From positions 1 to 50,968 of the IMG/VR virus record IMGVR_UViG_3300017754_000556: 50,968 nucleotides of DNA; one strand, 5' to 3'. The DNA comes from a virus. Its lineage: Duplodnaviria > Caudoviricetes. Shown here piece by piece: positions 20,026-28,164 of this stretch; the first letter of the stretch is position 1, and each line of letters starts with the position of its first letter. Under the pieces are notes generated by a model. The model did not search any database, was not told the DNA's origin, and was given only the letters and a program-made list of their open reading frames with translations. Both the position numbers and the translations under genes were made by a program.

Positions 20026-20750
20026 TGTTGTACAAGACGTTTGACTATGTGATGCGTAAACTGGGCAGGAAGTATGCATTTGTAGATGTGTACGGCGATG
20101 TCCTGTCCTACAGGTACTACGTTTTCTTCACGGAAAACAAAGTGGCAAAAACATGGAAAGACAAGTACTTACCTAACTTATTCGTACATCATTTTGTTGG
20201 CGCAGAAAACAAGCAGTGGGTTGACAACGAGGTTTCTCATACGCACCCTTGGAACACGGTTAGCATAGTTATTAAAGGTGGCTACGTTGAAGAGGAAAAC
20301 TACAGCGGTGTAACCAAAGAGATAAATGCTCCTGCGGTAGTCTTCAGGGATTGGGAAGCAAGCCACCGGTTTACGCAGGTAACGCCAAACACATGGACAC
20401 TGTGGTTCCACGGCATCCGTAAAAGGGAAGGCAAGTGGGCTTTTGATATGCGCCCCCATGATGTAGTCTGCTCTGCTTGCGTTAAACATAACAACGGCGT
20501 CTGCATAAATGTGAAGCAGCTAAAGGAAATTGAAGACACACCGCCAAAATCTGCTCAAAGTTATAAGTGGCGGGAACACACGTGGATGCAGTGCAACGAC
20601 GATTTTGAAGAAACATTAGCTCAACGTAAAAAAGTACTAGCAAGGGCAAAAACTTACATCCCGGCTACTATTAAAGAGCGCTATGAAATAGCCAAGGAAA
20701 CTTTAGTTAAAGACCTTGTTAGAGAAAAAGCCGAAGTGAGCAAGGTATAA
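20025..20750 (+). CDS. Cupin-fold (HxH...H) metalloprotein
   Basis: 'LFVHHF', 'SHTHPWNTVSIVIKGGYVEE', 'SHRF' and 'TWTLWF'. Confidence 0.6.
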   Translation: MLYKTFDYVMRKLGRKYAFVDVYGDVLSYRYYVFFTENKVAKTWKDKYLPNLFVHHFVGAENKQWVDNEVSHTHPWNTVSIVIKGGYVEEENYSGVTKEINAPAVVFRDWEASHRFTQVTPNTWTLWFHGIRKREGKWAFDMRPHDVVCSACVKHNNGVCINVKQLKEIEDTPPKSAQSYKWREHTWMQCNDDFEETLAQRKKVLARAKTYIPATIKERYEIAKETLVKDLVREKAEVSKV

Positions 20751-20757
20751 ACTATGT

Positions 20758-21072
20758 ATGCGCTTGTTTCTGTTTTGTTTTCTGATGCTGGTAACAGTAT
20801 CTTCAGCGCAGGACAAGCTCATCCTATCCACGGAGCCGCCGCCGCTGCCCAAGAAGCTGCCAAAGCAAACAGGCTGCGCGATACAAGATTTGTACGTTAT
20901 TGGTTGGACGATGCACGACCCAGTGGAACGCCACAAGGCTATGATGGAGTGGCTGGATAAGACAAAGTGCAGCGGGGATGATTACGTCCTAATTTGGAAT
21001 GCCCTACCGGAGTGGGCAGGTACTTCAGATAGCCCTTTGTTACGGGCCAAGATTATGGAGAAGGCAAGATGA
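20758..21072 (+). CDS. Secreted/periplasmic hypothetical protein
   Basis: Signal-peptide-like 'MRLFLFCFLMLVTVSSA'. ATGA overlap with the next gene. Confidence 0.6.
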   Translation: MRLFLFCFLMLVTVSSAQDKLILSTEPPPLPKKLPKQTGCAIQDLYVIGWTMHDPVERHKAMMEWLDKTKCSGDDYVLIWNALPEWAGTSDSPLLRAKIMEKAR

Positions 21073-21299
21073 ACGAGTCATGGTTAGCCAAAAACATTCA
21101 GCCGGTTACGGTAGTGTTCCTGCTGTTCTCATACTTTTTCTTTGCGCTGCTTTCTGTCTTTGAGATGGAGACTAGGGGTGCATACGTTGACCTGCTAGGT
21201 CAGGCCATGATTATTGTTATTACCGCCATATTCGCCGGTAAGACAGCCGAGCGTATCGTAGATATTCGTACTAACAAAGGAGCGCCAGATGGCACTTGA
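21069..21299 (+). CDS. Two-TM membrane protein (holin/antiholin candidate)
   Basis: Two hydrophobic helices, located in the lysis cassette. Confidence 0.55.
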   Translation: MNESWLAKNIQPVTVVFLLFSYFFFALLSVFEMETRGAYVDLLGQAMIIVITAIFAGKTAERIVDIRTNKGAPDGT

Positions 21300-21696
21300 C
21301 CCAGTTACAGCCCTGTTTGAAGTTGGCAGCAAAGTCCTAGACCGCGTATTGCCTGACCCTGTCCAGCAAGCTGCTGCCAAGCTGGAACTGATGAAGCTCC
21401 AGCAAAATGGCGAATTGGCCCAGATTACCGGGCAGATGGAAATCAATAAAGTTGAAGCAGCAAGCTCCAGCCTATTCGTCAGTGGATGGCGTCCTAGCGT
21501 TGGCTGGGTGTGCAGTGCTGGCTTTGCCGTGCAGTTCATCATTGGCCCCTTGGCTGAGTGGGGCGCTGCGTTGGCAGGCCATCCCGTCAAGTTCCCGCAG
21601 ATGGACACCGGAACCATGATGCCTTTGCTCCTCGGTATGCTGGGCCTTGGTGGGCTTAGGACGGCTGAAAAACTAGCAGATAAGGCGGCAAAATGA
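21289..21696 (+). CDS. Holin of the 3TM (GTA-type) family
   Basis: 'INKVEAASSSLFVSGWRPSVGWVC' and 'LLGMLGLGGLRTAEK'. Confidence 0.85.
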   Translation: MALDPVTALFEVGSKVLDRVLPDPVQQAAAKLELMKLQQNGELAQITGQMEINKVEAASSSLFVSGWRPSVGWVCSAGFAVQFIIGPLAEWGAALAGHPVKFPQMDTGTMMPLLLGMLGLGGLRTAEKLADKAAK

Positions 21697-21917
21697 AAGC
21701 AAAACTTACCTTTTTCGTGACCCTGATGGTCAGCTTCACTTTGTGCGTAGTCATCCTCGGTATGGTGGCTGTGCTGATGGCGGGTTTGTTTGACCCCCTT
21801 GTGGACAACGCAGAAATCTTCAAACTGATTAGCCCTGCATTTCAAACCATTGTTGGTGGCTTCATTGGGCTGCTGGCGGGTGTAAAACTATCCCACGGCG
21901 AGGAGAATCTTAAATGA
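21693..21917 (+). CDS. Two-TM membrane protein (lysis accessory candidate)
   Basis: Two hydrophobic helices, between the holin and the lysin. Confidence 0.6.
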   Translation: MKAKLTFFVTLMVSFTLCVVILGMVAVLMAGLFDPLVDNAEIFKLISPAFQTIVGGFIGLLAGVKLSHGEENLK

Positions 21918-22435
21918 AAGACAACTGGGAAAAATCTTGTGACTTGGTGCTTGAGTCTGAAGGTGGTTACCAACTGACCACGCTTGTTGGCGACTCAGGC
22001 GGTCAAACTTATGCGGGTATTGCTCGTAACCCAAACCCTCATTGGGAAGGTTGGAAGTTGATTGATAAGGGTGAAACACCCCCAAAAGAAATAGTCAGGT
22101 CATTTTACAAGGCTAACTTTTGGGATAAGATTCGTGGCGATGAATTGCCTGCTGGCGTTGATTACTTGGTTTACGACTTTGCTGTTAACGCTGGTGTTAG
22201 TCGTGCAGTGAAAACTTTGCAGTCCGCAGTAGGTACAAACCCTGATGGCGCTATTGGCCCAGCAACCATTGCAGCAGTTAAATCAAGCACCGACTTGGTT
22301 GAGAAATTTAGCAATGTTAAAGAAGCCTTTTACAAGGGTATTGTTGAGCGTAAGCCAGACCAAGCTAGGTTTATCAAGGGTTGGCTAAATCGTGTTGCTC
22401 ATGTGCAGACGGCGGCGACCTCAATGCTGGCGTAA
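21914..22435 (+). CDS. Endolysin, glycoside hydrolase family 108 with a PG-binding C-terminus
   Basis: 'SEGGY', 'DSGGQTYAGI', 'YDFAVNAG', 'DGAIGPAT' and 'FIKGWLNR'. Confidence 0.9.
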   Translation: MKDNWEKSCDLVLESEGGYQLTTLVGDSGGQTYAGIARNPNPHWEGWKLIDKGETPPKEIVRSFYKANFWDKIRGDELPAGVDYLVYDFAVNAGVSRAVKTLQSAVGTNPDGAIGPATIAAVKSSTDLVEKFSNVKEAFYKGIVERKPDQARFIKGWLNRVAHVQTAATSMLA

Positions 22436-22438
22436 ATC

Positions 22439-22606
22439 ATGGCCATACAGGTTGTAAAAGCTGTGATAGCTGCTAAACTACCCTTCGACCAGATAATCCG
22501 CGAGTTTGACCGCTGGACGCACATTAGCATACCCAATGACCCCAATGGGAAACCCCGAGGCCAGACGCTAATTATTGATAAAGCCGGGACCCGCCCTTAC
22601 GCTTAA
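22439..22606 (+). pseudogene. C-terminal remnant of a peptidase M15A-type endolysin
   Basis: A 55-codon frame missing from the ORF track: MAIQVVKAVIAAKLPFDQIIREFDRWTHISIPNDPNGKPRGQTLIIDKAGTRPYA. It keeps the 'FDQ.I.E...W.H.S' segment but lacks the N-terminal SxH...A.D zinc ligands. Confidence 0.65.
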
Positions 22607-22612
22607 AGTACC

Positions 22613-25006
22613 ATGCCCTTACAGAAACTGACGCTCAAGCCTGGGGTTAACAGGGAAAACACTCGGTACACCAATGAAGGCGGCTGGTATGAGTCCGACA
22701 AGGTACGGTTTCGTCAAGGCACGCCAGAGAAAATTGGCGGATGGGTGCGTATTTCAGCGGCTACTTTTTTGGGCATTTGCCGCTCCTTGTGGAACTGGGT
22801 AACTTTAGCTGGCCAGAATTTGTTGGGTATTGGTACTTCGGAAAAGTTTTACATTGAAAACGGTGGAGCTTATTACGACATCACCCCTATTCGTGCAAGC
22901 GACACGCTGACTAATCCGTTTACTACAAACACTACAACCAATTCTGGTGGATACACAACGGTAATCGTAACAGCAGATCCGGGATTTTCTAACGGGGATT
23001 ACGTTACCTTTTATGGTAGCTTCGCTGTAGGAGGCATTACTGTATTGGGCGAGTATCAACTAACCTATATATCTTCCTCCACGTATTCAATTAGTGTTTT
23101 AGGGTCAGCATCTTCTTCTACTACCGGCGGCGGCACGGTCTACGCGGTCTATCAAGTTACAGTTGGTTCGGTTACATACGTTCCTATTGATGGATGGGGC
23201 GCGGGCCCTTGGAATGCTGGCGCATGGGGTATTGGCGGAACAGTTGAAGCTGAAAGCGCAGGCCTTCGTATTTGGAATCAAATTAACTGGGGTCAAAGCC
23301 TAGTTTATGGCCCTCGTGGGTTTCCTTTGTACTACTGGGATGCCGTTATAGGATATCAAGCTTCAGCCATCACAATAACAATTGCTTCTCCGTGTGTTGT
23401 TACGTCTGGCTTAGGCCTTGCAGATGGAACGCCATTCACGCTAGTTACAACTGGTTCGCTACCAACAGGGCTGCTTCCGGGCGTTACGTACTACGTAAAG
23501 TATTTAACTTCCAGTACGTTTAATTTAGCTACATCTGCTACGGCAAGCGGGACGTTGTCTGGTGTAACTATTACAGGTATAGCAGGCCAATTTAGTTGTA
23601 CTGCTTCAAGCCTTGATTTGGCCGTTGGTCAGTCAATAACAATCAGTGGCACATATGGTGGCACAGGATCTATTGCGGGCTACACCAACCCCACAACGTA
23701 CTACATCATTGCCACTAACGGTTCTACAACATTTACCTTGTCCACCACTGCCGGCGGCTCTGGAGTCACGACTACGGCTGGCACTCCAACAGGGCTTACC
23801 TATACCCTATCAACGACAATAAATACATCTGGTACGCAGCTAGGTACTCAGTCTATTTCTCAGCGAGGAGTTTTGCTATCTAGCCTTGCCGGGTCTGACG
23901 GTTCGTGCCCTTTGTATCAAAGCACGTTTACAGTATCCGATGCCAGTAGGTTCTTAATTGTGTTTGGCACAAACGACTACGGCAGTACTGTGTTTGACCC
24001 AATGCTTATTCGCTGGTCGGACCAGGAGTCTTTAACAACATGGTTCCCGTCAGTTACAAACCAAGCTGGCAGTGTGCGCCTGTCTCACGGCTCCGAGATC
24101 ATTACCACCCTACAAAGTCGCCAAGAAATTTTGGTGTGGACGGATTCATCCTTGTATTCATTGCAATACCTTGGCCCACCATATGTGTGGAGTACGCAGA
24201 TTCTTGCGGACAATGTTTCTATCATTGGCCCCAACGCTGCGGTCATGGCTTCAGGTGTAAGCTACTGGATGGGTGTAGACAAGTTTTACAAGTACGATGG
24301 TAGGGTGCAAACCCTGCGCTGCGATTTGCTACGTTATATTTATAACGATATAAATATTCAACAATCACAACAAGTATTTGGCAGCACCAACGAAGGCTTT
24401 AACGAAGTCTGGTGGTTTTACTGCTCTGAAAATAGTGTTGGAGATAAGGTGGACAGGTATGTTGTATATAACTATCTTGAAGATAATTGGTACTATGGAT
24501 CAATGGAGCGCACGGCATGGCTGGATACCGGGCTACGTAACTACCCACTTGCAGCAACTTATAGCAATAACATTGTTGAACACGAGAATGGTGTAGATGA
24601 TGGTGTTTCTTCTCCTGCAGCAGCTATTACCGCATTTATAACATCATCCCAGTTTGATATTGGTGACGGTCATAACATGGCTTTTGTATGGAGGATGTTG
24701 CCTGATTTAACATTTAATGGATCAACAGACGGAACGACTCCCGAGTTAACTATGCAGTTACTGCCATTACAGAATTCAGGCTCTGGATATAACAACCCAA
24801 AGTCGGTAGGCGGGACAAACGCAAATGCTTCCGAGTTGGTGGCTGCTACTCAGTCGTACCCCATAGATTTAGACACCTATAACGGGCAGATCTATATACG
24901 TATTCGCGGCCGGCAGATGGCTATGACAATTACGTCAAGCAAACTTGGCACCCAATGGCAGCTTGGCTCTCCTCGTATTGACATCAGGCCAGATGGACGT
25001 AGATAA
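22613..25006 (+). CDS. Tail protein (P22 gp10 / tail tubular B-like) with beta-rich insertions
   Basis: 797 aa with a beta-propeller-like pattern: 'IRWSDQE', 'NQAGSVRL', 'ILVWTD', 'YWMG...FY.YDG.V', 'NEVWWFY'. Confidence 0.65.
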   Translation: MPLQKLTLKPGVNRENTRYTNEGGWYESDKVRFRQGTPEKIGGWVRISAATFLGICRSLWNWVTLAGQNLLGIGTSEKFYIENGGAYYDITPIRASDTLTNPFTTNTTTNSGGYTTVIVTADPGFSNGDYVTFYGSFAVGGITVLGEYQLTYISSSTYSISVLGSASSSTTGGGTVYAVYQVTVGSVTYVPIDGWGAGPWNAGAWGIGGTVEAESAGLRIWNQINWGQSLVYGPRGFPLYYWDAVIGYQASAITITIASPCVVTSGLGLADGTPFTLVTTGSLPTGLLPGVTYYVKYLTSSTFNLATSATASGTLSGVTITGIAGQFSCTASSLDLAVGQSITISGTYGGTGSIAGYTNPTTYYIIATNGSTTFTLSTTAGGSGVTTTAGTPTGLTYTLSTTINTSGTQLGTQSISQRGVLLSSLAGSDGSCPLYQSTFTVSDASRFLIVFGTNDYGSTVFDPMLIRWSDQESLTTWFPSVTNQAGSVRLSHGSEIITTLQSRQEILVWTDSSLYSLQYLGPPYVWSTQILADNVSIIGPNAAVMASGVSYWMGVDKFYKYDGRVQTLRCDLLRYIYNDINIQQSQQVFGSTNEGFNEVWWFYCSENSVGDKVDRYVVYNYLEDNWYYGSMERTAWLDTGLRNYPLAATYSNNIVEHENGVDDGVSSPAAAITAFITSSQFDIGDGHNMAFVWRMLPDLTFNGSTDGTTPELTMQLLPLQNSGSGYNNPKSVGGTNANASELVAATQSYPIDLDTYNGQIYIRIRGRQMAMTITSSKLGTQWQLGSPRIDIRPDGRR

Positions 25007-25308
25007 TGGCACAGAAAAACGTAGTAGCCCCAAAATTACCTTCTGCAATAGGTAATAATTATGACCCTGCGCTCATAAATCAGCTAACAAACATATTGCG
25101 TTTGTACTTTAACCAGCTAGATAATGCGGGGCCGATGGTGGCTAGTACTCAACGTAATGGTTCAGCTATTGAGTCAGGATTAAGTTTTTTCCCCACGGCG
25201 GGCACAACGGCCCCCAGTTTGCCAACACAAGCAGATTTATCTTCCCTGCGGGTTGGGGATATTTATTATGATACCTCTGCTAGTAATGTACTTAAAGTAA
25301 AGACGTAA
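25006..25308 (+). CDS. Small tail-associated protein
   Basis: 'NILRLYFNQLD' helix and 'GDIYYDT' C-terminus. TAATG overlap. Confidence 0.65.
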   Translation: MAQKNVVAPKLPSAIGNNYDPALINQLTNILRLYFNQLDNAGPMVASTQRNGSAIESGLSFFPTAGTTAPSLPTQADLSSLRVGDIYYDTSASNVLKVKT

Positions 25309-25317
25309 GGATTAATC

Positions 25318-27222
25318 ATGCCCGGCAATAACAGAGAAGTAGCACCGAAGCCTTTATCGCAAACTCAAGGGTTTGGGATGGTTCCTGTTTATCAAGAAAC
25401 ACGCGGCGGTAGAGGCCCATTGTTGGGGTATCAATTTGATGAATCTGTTGCAGCGCGACAAGGAATAGTTGAAGCGCCAAAACCACCAGCTATTCTTGCG
25501 GAAGAACAACGTCTTGGAGGCAAAGAACTTGAGCCTGTTTATGCTGAAACGACAGTATCAAGAGGCCGTGGCGGAGCATCCGAAACAATAAAGTACGGCC
25601 CGCCTATTGGGTACCGTTACGATAATGGCAAAAGCGAATACGTTAACTTTAGTCCTAGTGGTGAATACCAAGGTACGGCAAAAAGACAAAGCGGGATTGA
25701 TCCCGCATTATTAGCTGTATTAGCAATGCCATTTATTGGGCCCGCTGCGTTTGAGGCTCTAGGGTTAACAGGTGCCGGTGCGGGCGCTGCGGGCGCTGCT
25801 GCTGCACCATTGGCGTTTACTCCAGAAATGATCGCGGCGGGTTTGACCCCTGGATCTATCGGTGCTGCTGGTGCTGCGTCTGGCGCGCTTACGGGAGCAA
25901 ACTTAGCCGCCGCTGGTGGTATTGGTTCACTAGGTGCTGGAGCATTGACAGGCGCTGCTGGTACCGCAGCCCTTCCCGCTTCAGAAGTTGCATCATTAGG
26001 TTCTGGCGCTGCTGGGTTTACTCCAGAAATGATAGCTTCTGGGTTAACTCCTGGTTCTATTGGTGCTTCTGGGGCTGCGTCTGGAGCTTTAACTGGGGCA
26101 AATTTAGCTGCTGCTAGTGGTATCGGATCATTAGGCGCAGGCGCTGCCGCAATACCATCTATAAACGAAATGATTGCTTCTGGCATGTCCCCGGGCTCCG
26201 CTGGCGCTACTGGGGCTGCATCTGGCGCGTTAACAGGAGCAGAATTAGCTGCTGCCACTGGAACTACCGGAGCAGGCCTTACATCACTAGCTCCTACCGC
26301 TGCAAAATCTGTAAACGAAATGATAGCTTCTGGAATGTCGCCCGGTTCTGCTGGTGCTGCCGGCGCTGCTAGTGGAGCTTTAACTCCGGCGCAATTAGCT
26401 GCTGCAAGTGGCGCAGTAACAGCAGGAGCAACTCCAGCATTGGTAGAGTTGGCTAATGCAGGCAAAGGGCTGCCAAGTGCTAATGAAGCTGTAGCTTCTG
26501 GTCTTGGGCCCGGTTCTGCCGGAGCAAAAGCGGCAGTTGAAGGAACACTTACAGCCCAAGAGTTAGCTGCTGCCGCGGGCACTGCCGGTGCCCTCAACAA
26601 AGATGGGATTACGGATTTAGTAGGCAAAGCCAAAGATGCATTAACCGATAAAGCTAAAGATGCATCATCTAAGACGAGTTCAGGATCTGGTATTGGCACT
26701 TTAGGTGCATTGGCTTTATTGTCCATGATGAACAAGGGCGGTGGCGGAACCCCAGCCAGCACGGCTACTATCCCGGAACTTACGGCCACCAGGACCCAAC
26801 TTCCATACGATGTAGATAAAAAAGGCGTAAACCCAAACACTCCCTACCGGCCTGGACAAGGTGGGGTTACCTACTTCTCTCCAACTACTTACACGCCAAC
26901 GCCCACTAAAGCAGCAAGAGGCGGTTTAATGTCGCTGGGTCAGCCGAACTTAGGTGGTTACTCTGATGGCGGAAGACTTCTCAAAGGCCCAGGAGATGGT
27001 GTCTCTGACTCAATTCCTGCCATAATTGGTAAAAAACAACCCGCCCGCTTAGCTAATGGCGAGTTTGTTATACCAGCAAGAATTGTTTCTGAGCTAGGAA
27101 ATGGTTCTACAGATGCAGGCGCTAAGCGCTTGTATGAAATGATGGCCCGAGTTCAACGGGTCCGCCGTAAAACCAAAAACGTTGCTGCCAACACAAAGGC
27201 ATCAAAGTACCTACCAGCATAA
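25318..27222 (+). CDS. Ala/Gly-rich probable internal virion (ejection) protein
   Basis: Five internal ~30-aa repeats. C-terminal 'GPGDGVSDSIPA...ARLANGEFVIPA' domain, preceded by AARGG and YSDGG. Confidence 0.65.
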   Translation: MPGNNREVAPKPLSQTQGFGMVPVYQETRGGRGPLLGYQFDESVAARQGIVEAPKPPAILAEEQRLGGKELEPVYAETTVSRGRGGASETIKYGPPIGYRYDNGKSEYVNFSPSGEYQGTAKRQSGIDPALLAVLAMPFIGPAAFEALGLTGAGAGAAGAAAAPLAFTPEMIAAGLTPGSIGAAGAASGALTGANLAAAGGIGSLGAGALTGAAGTAALPASEVASLGSGAAGFTPEMIASGLTPGSIGASGAASGALTGANLAAASGIGSLGAGAAAIPSINEMIASGMSPGSAGATGAASGALTGAELAAATGTTGAGLTSLAPTAAKSVNEMIASGMSPGSAGAAGAASGALTPAQLAAASGAVTAGATPALVELANAGKGLPSANEAVASGLGPGSAGAKAAVEGTLTAQELAAAAGTAGALNKDGITDLVGKAKDALTDKAKDASSKTSSGSGIGTLGALALLSMMNKGGGGTPASTATIPELTATRTQLPYDVDKKGVNPNTPYRPGQGGVTYFSPTTYTPTPTKAARGGLMSLGQPNLGGYSDGGRLLKGPGDGVSDSIPAIIGKKQPARLANGEFVIPARIVSELGNGSTDAGAKRLYEMMARVQRVRRKTKNVAANTKASKYLPA

Positions 27223-27231
27223 GGAATAATC

Positions 27232-28152
27232 ATGGCTACTACTCCAAGTACAGTTGATAACAATTTAGGTTCTGGCGGCACTAACGCCCAAGGCTTATCA
27301 GATTGGGCCGCACCTTACATTACAGATTACCTTGGTAAAGCTAAAGCTTTAGCTGGTACTGGTTATGAAACGTATAAAGGGCCACTTACCGCAGGTGCTT
27401 CTAAGATACAAGATAAAGTGTTCACTGGGATAGAGTCGCTTGATTTCCCGGGCAACCTTGGTAAAAGCTTTAGCTCTACTGGCGCGTATCAGCCGCCAAC
27501 TTATGGTCCAGACGGAAAGCCTATTGTTGCTCCTCCCACCATTGGCCCAGATGGACAGCCTGTTGCAGCAGCGCCCGCCCAACCAGGAGTTGCTGCTCAG
27601 TACATGAATCCATATCTGGAGTCTGTTCTCAACCCGCAATTGGAAGAACTGCGCCGTCAATCTATGATTACGCAAAACCAAAATGCTGGGAGGATGGCTA
27701 ATGCAGGCGCGTTTGGCGGGGGCCGGCAAGCAATTATGGATGCCGAGAACCAACGTAACTTGATGCAAGAGCAAAACAAGACAGTTGGCCAAGGCTACGC
27801 CAATGCCTATGACAAAGCTATGGGGCAGTTCAACACAGAACAGAACCAAGCCAAAACTTTGGCTGATTTAATGTCGTCAACTGGAGCAACCCAGCGAGGT
27901 ATTGAGTCAGAGGGCACTGCAGCAGATCTAGCTGAGTTTGAAAAGCAACGCCAGTTTCCTTATCAGCAATTGGAATTTCAACGCAACGCAATGACGGGGC
28001 TCCCAACATCGTCAGTATCAAACACACCAGCACAGATGAGCGACATTGGCAACATTTTGGCTACTCTAGGCGGTGGCACTAAGGTTGCAGAAGCACTTGG
28101 CTATAAAGATGTTAACGAATTGTTGAAGAAATTAGGCATTGAATTGCCATAA
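27232..28152 (+). CDS. Probable DNA ejection/pilot protein
   Basis: 'YMNPYLE.V', 'AGAFGGGRQA' and a Gln-rich helical body. Located after the tail genes. Confidence 0.6.
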   Translation: MATTPSTVDNNLGSGGTNAQGLSDWAAPYITDYLGKAKALAGTGYETYKGPLTAGASKIQDKVFTGIESLDFPGNLGKSFSSTGAYQPPTYGPDGKPIVAPPTIGPDGQPVAAAPAQPGVAAQYMNPYLESVLNPQLEELRRQSMITQNQNAGRMANAGAFGGGRQAIMDAENQRNLMQEQNKTVGQGYANAYDKAMGQFNTEQNQAKTLADLMSSTGATQRGIESEGTAADLAEFEKQRQFPYQQLEFQRNAMTGLPTSSVSNTPAQMSDIGNILATLGGGTKVAEALGYKDVNELLKKLGIELP

Positions 28153-28164
28153 AAGGTAACGAAA

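Noticed and set aside
20754-20960. 68-aa alternative-frame ORF as an embedded spanin
   Set aside because: It has no lipobox or TM segment. The 20758 frame has a signal peptide and couples to the next gene. I could not identify a spanin pair.
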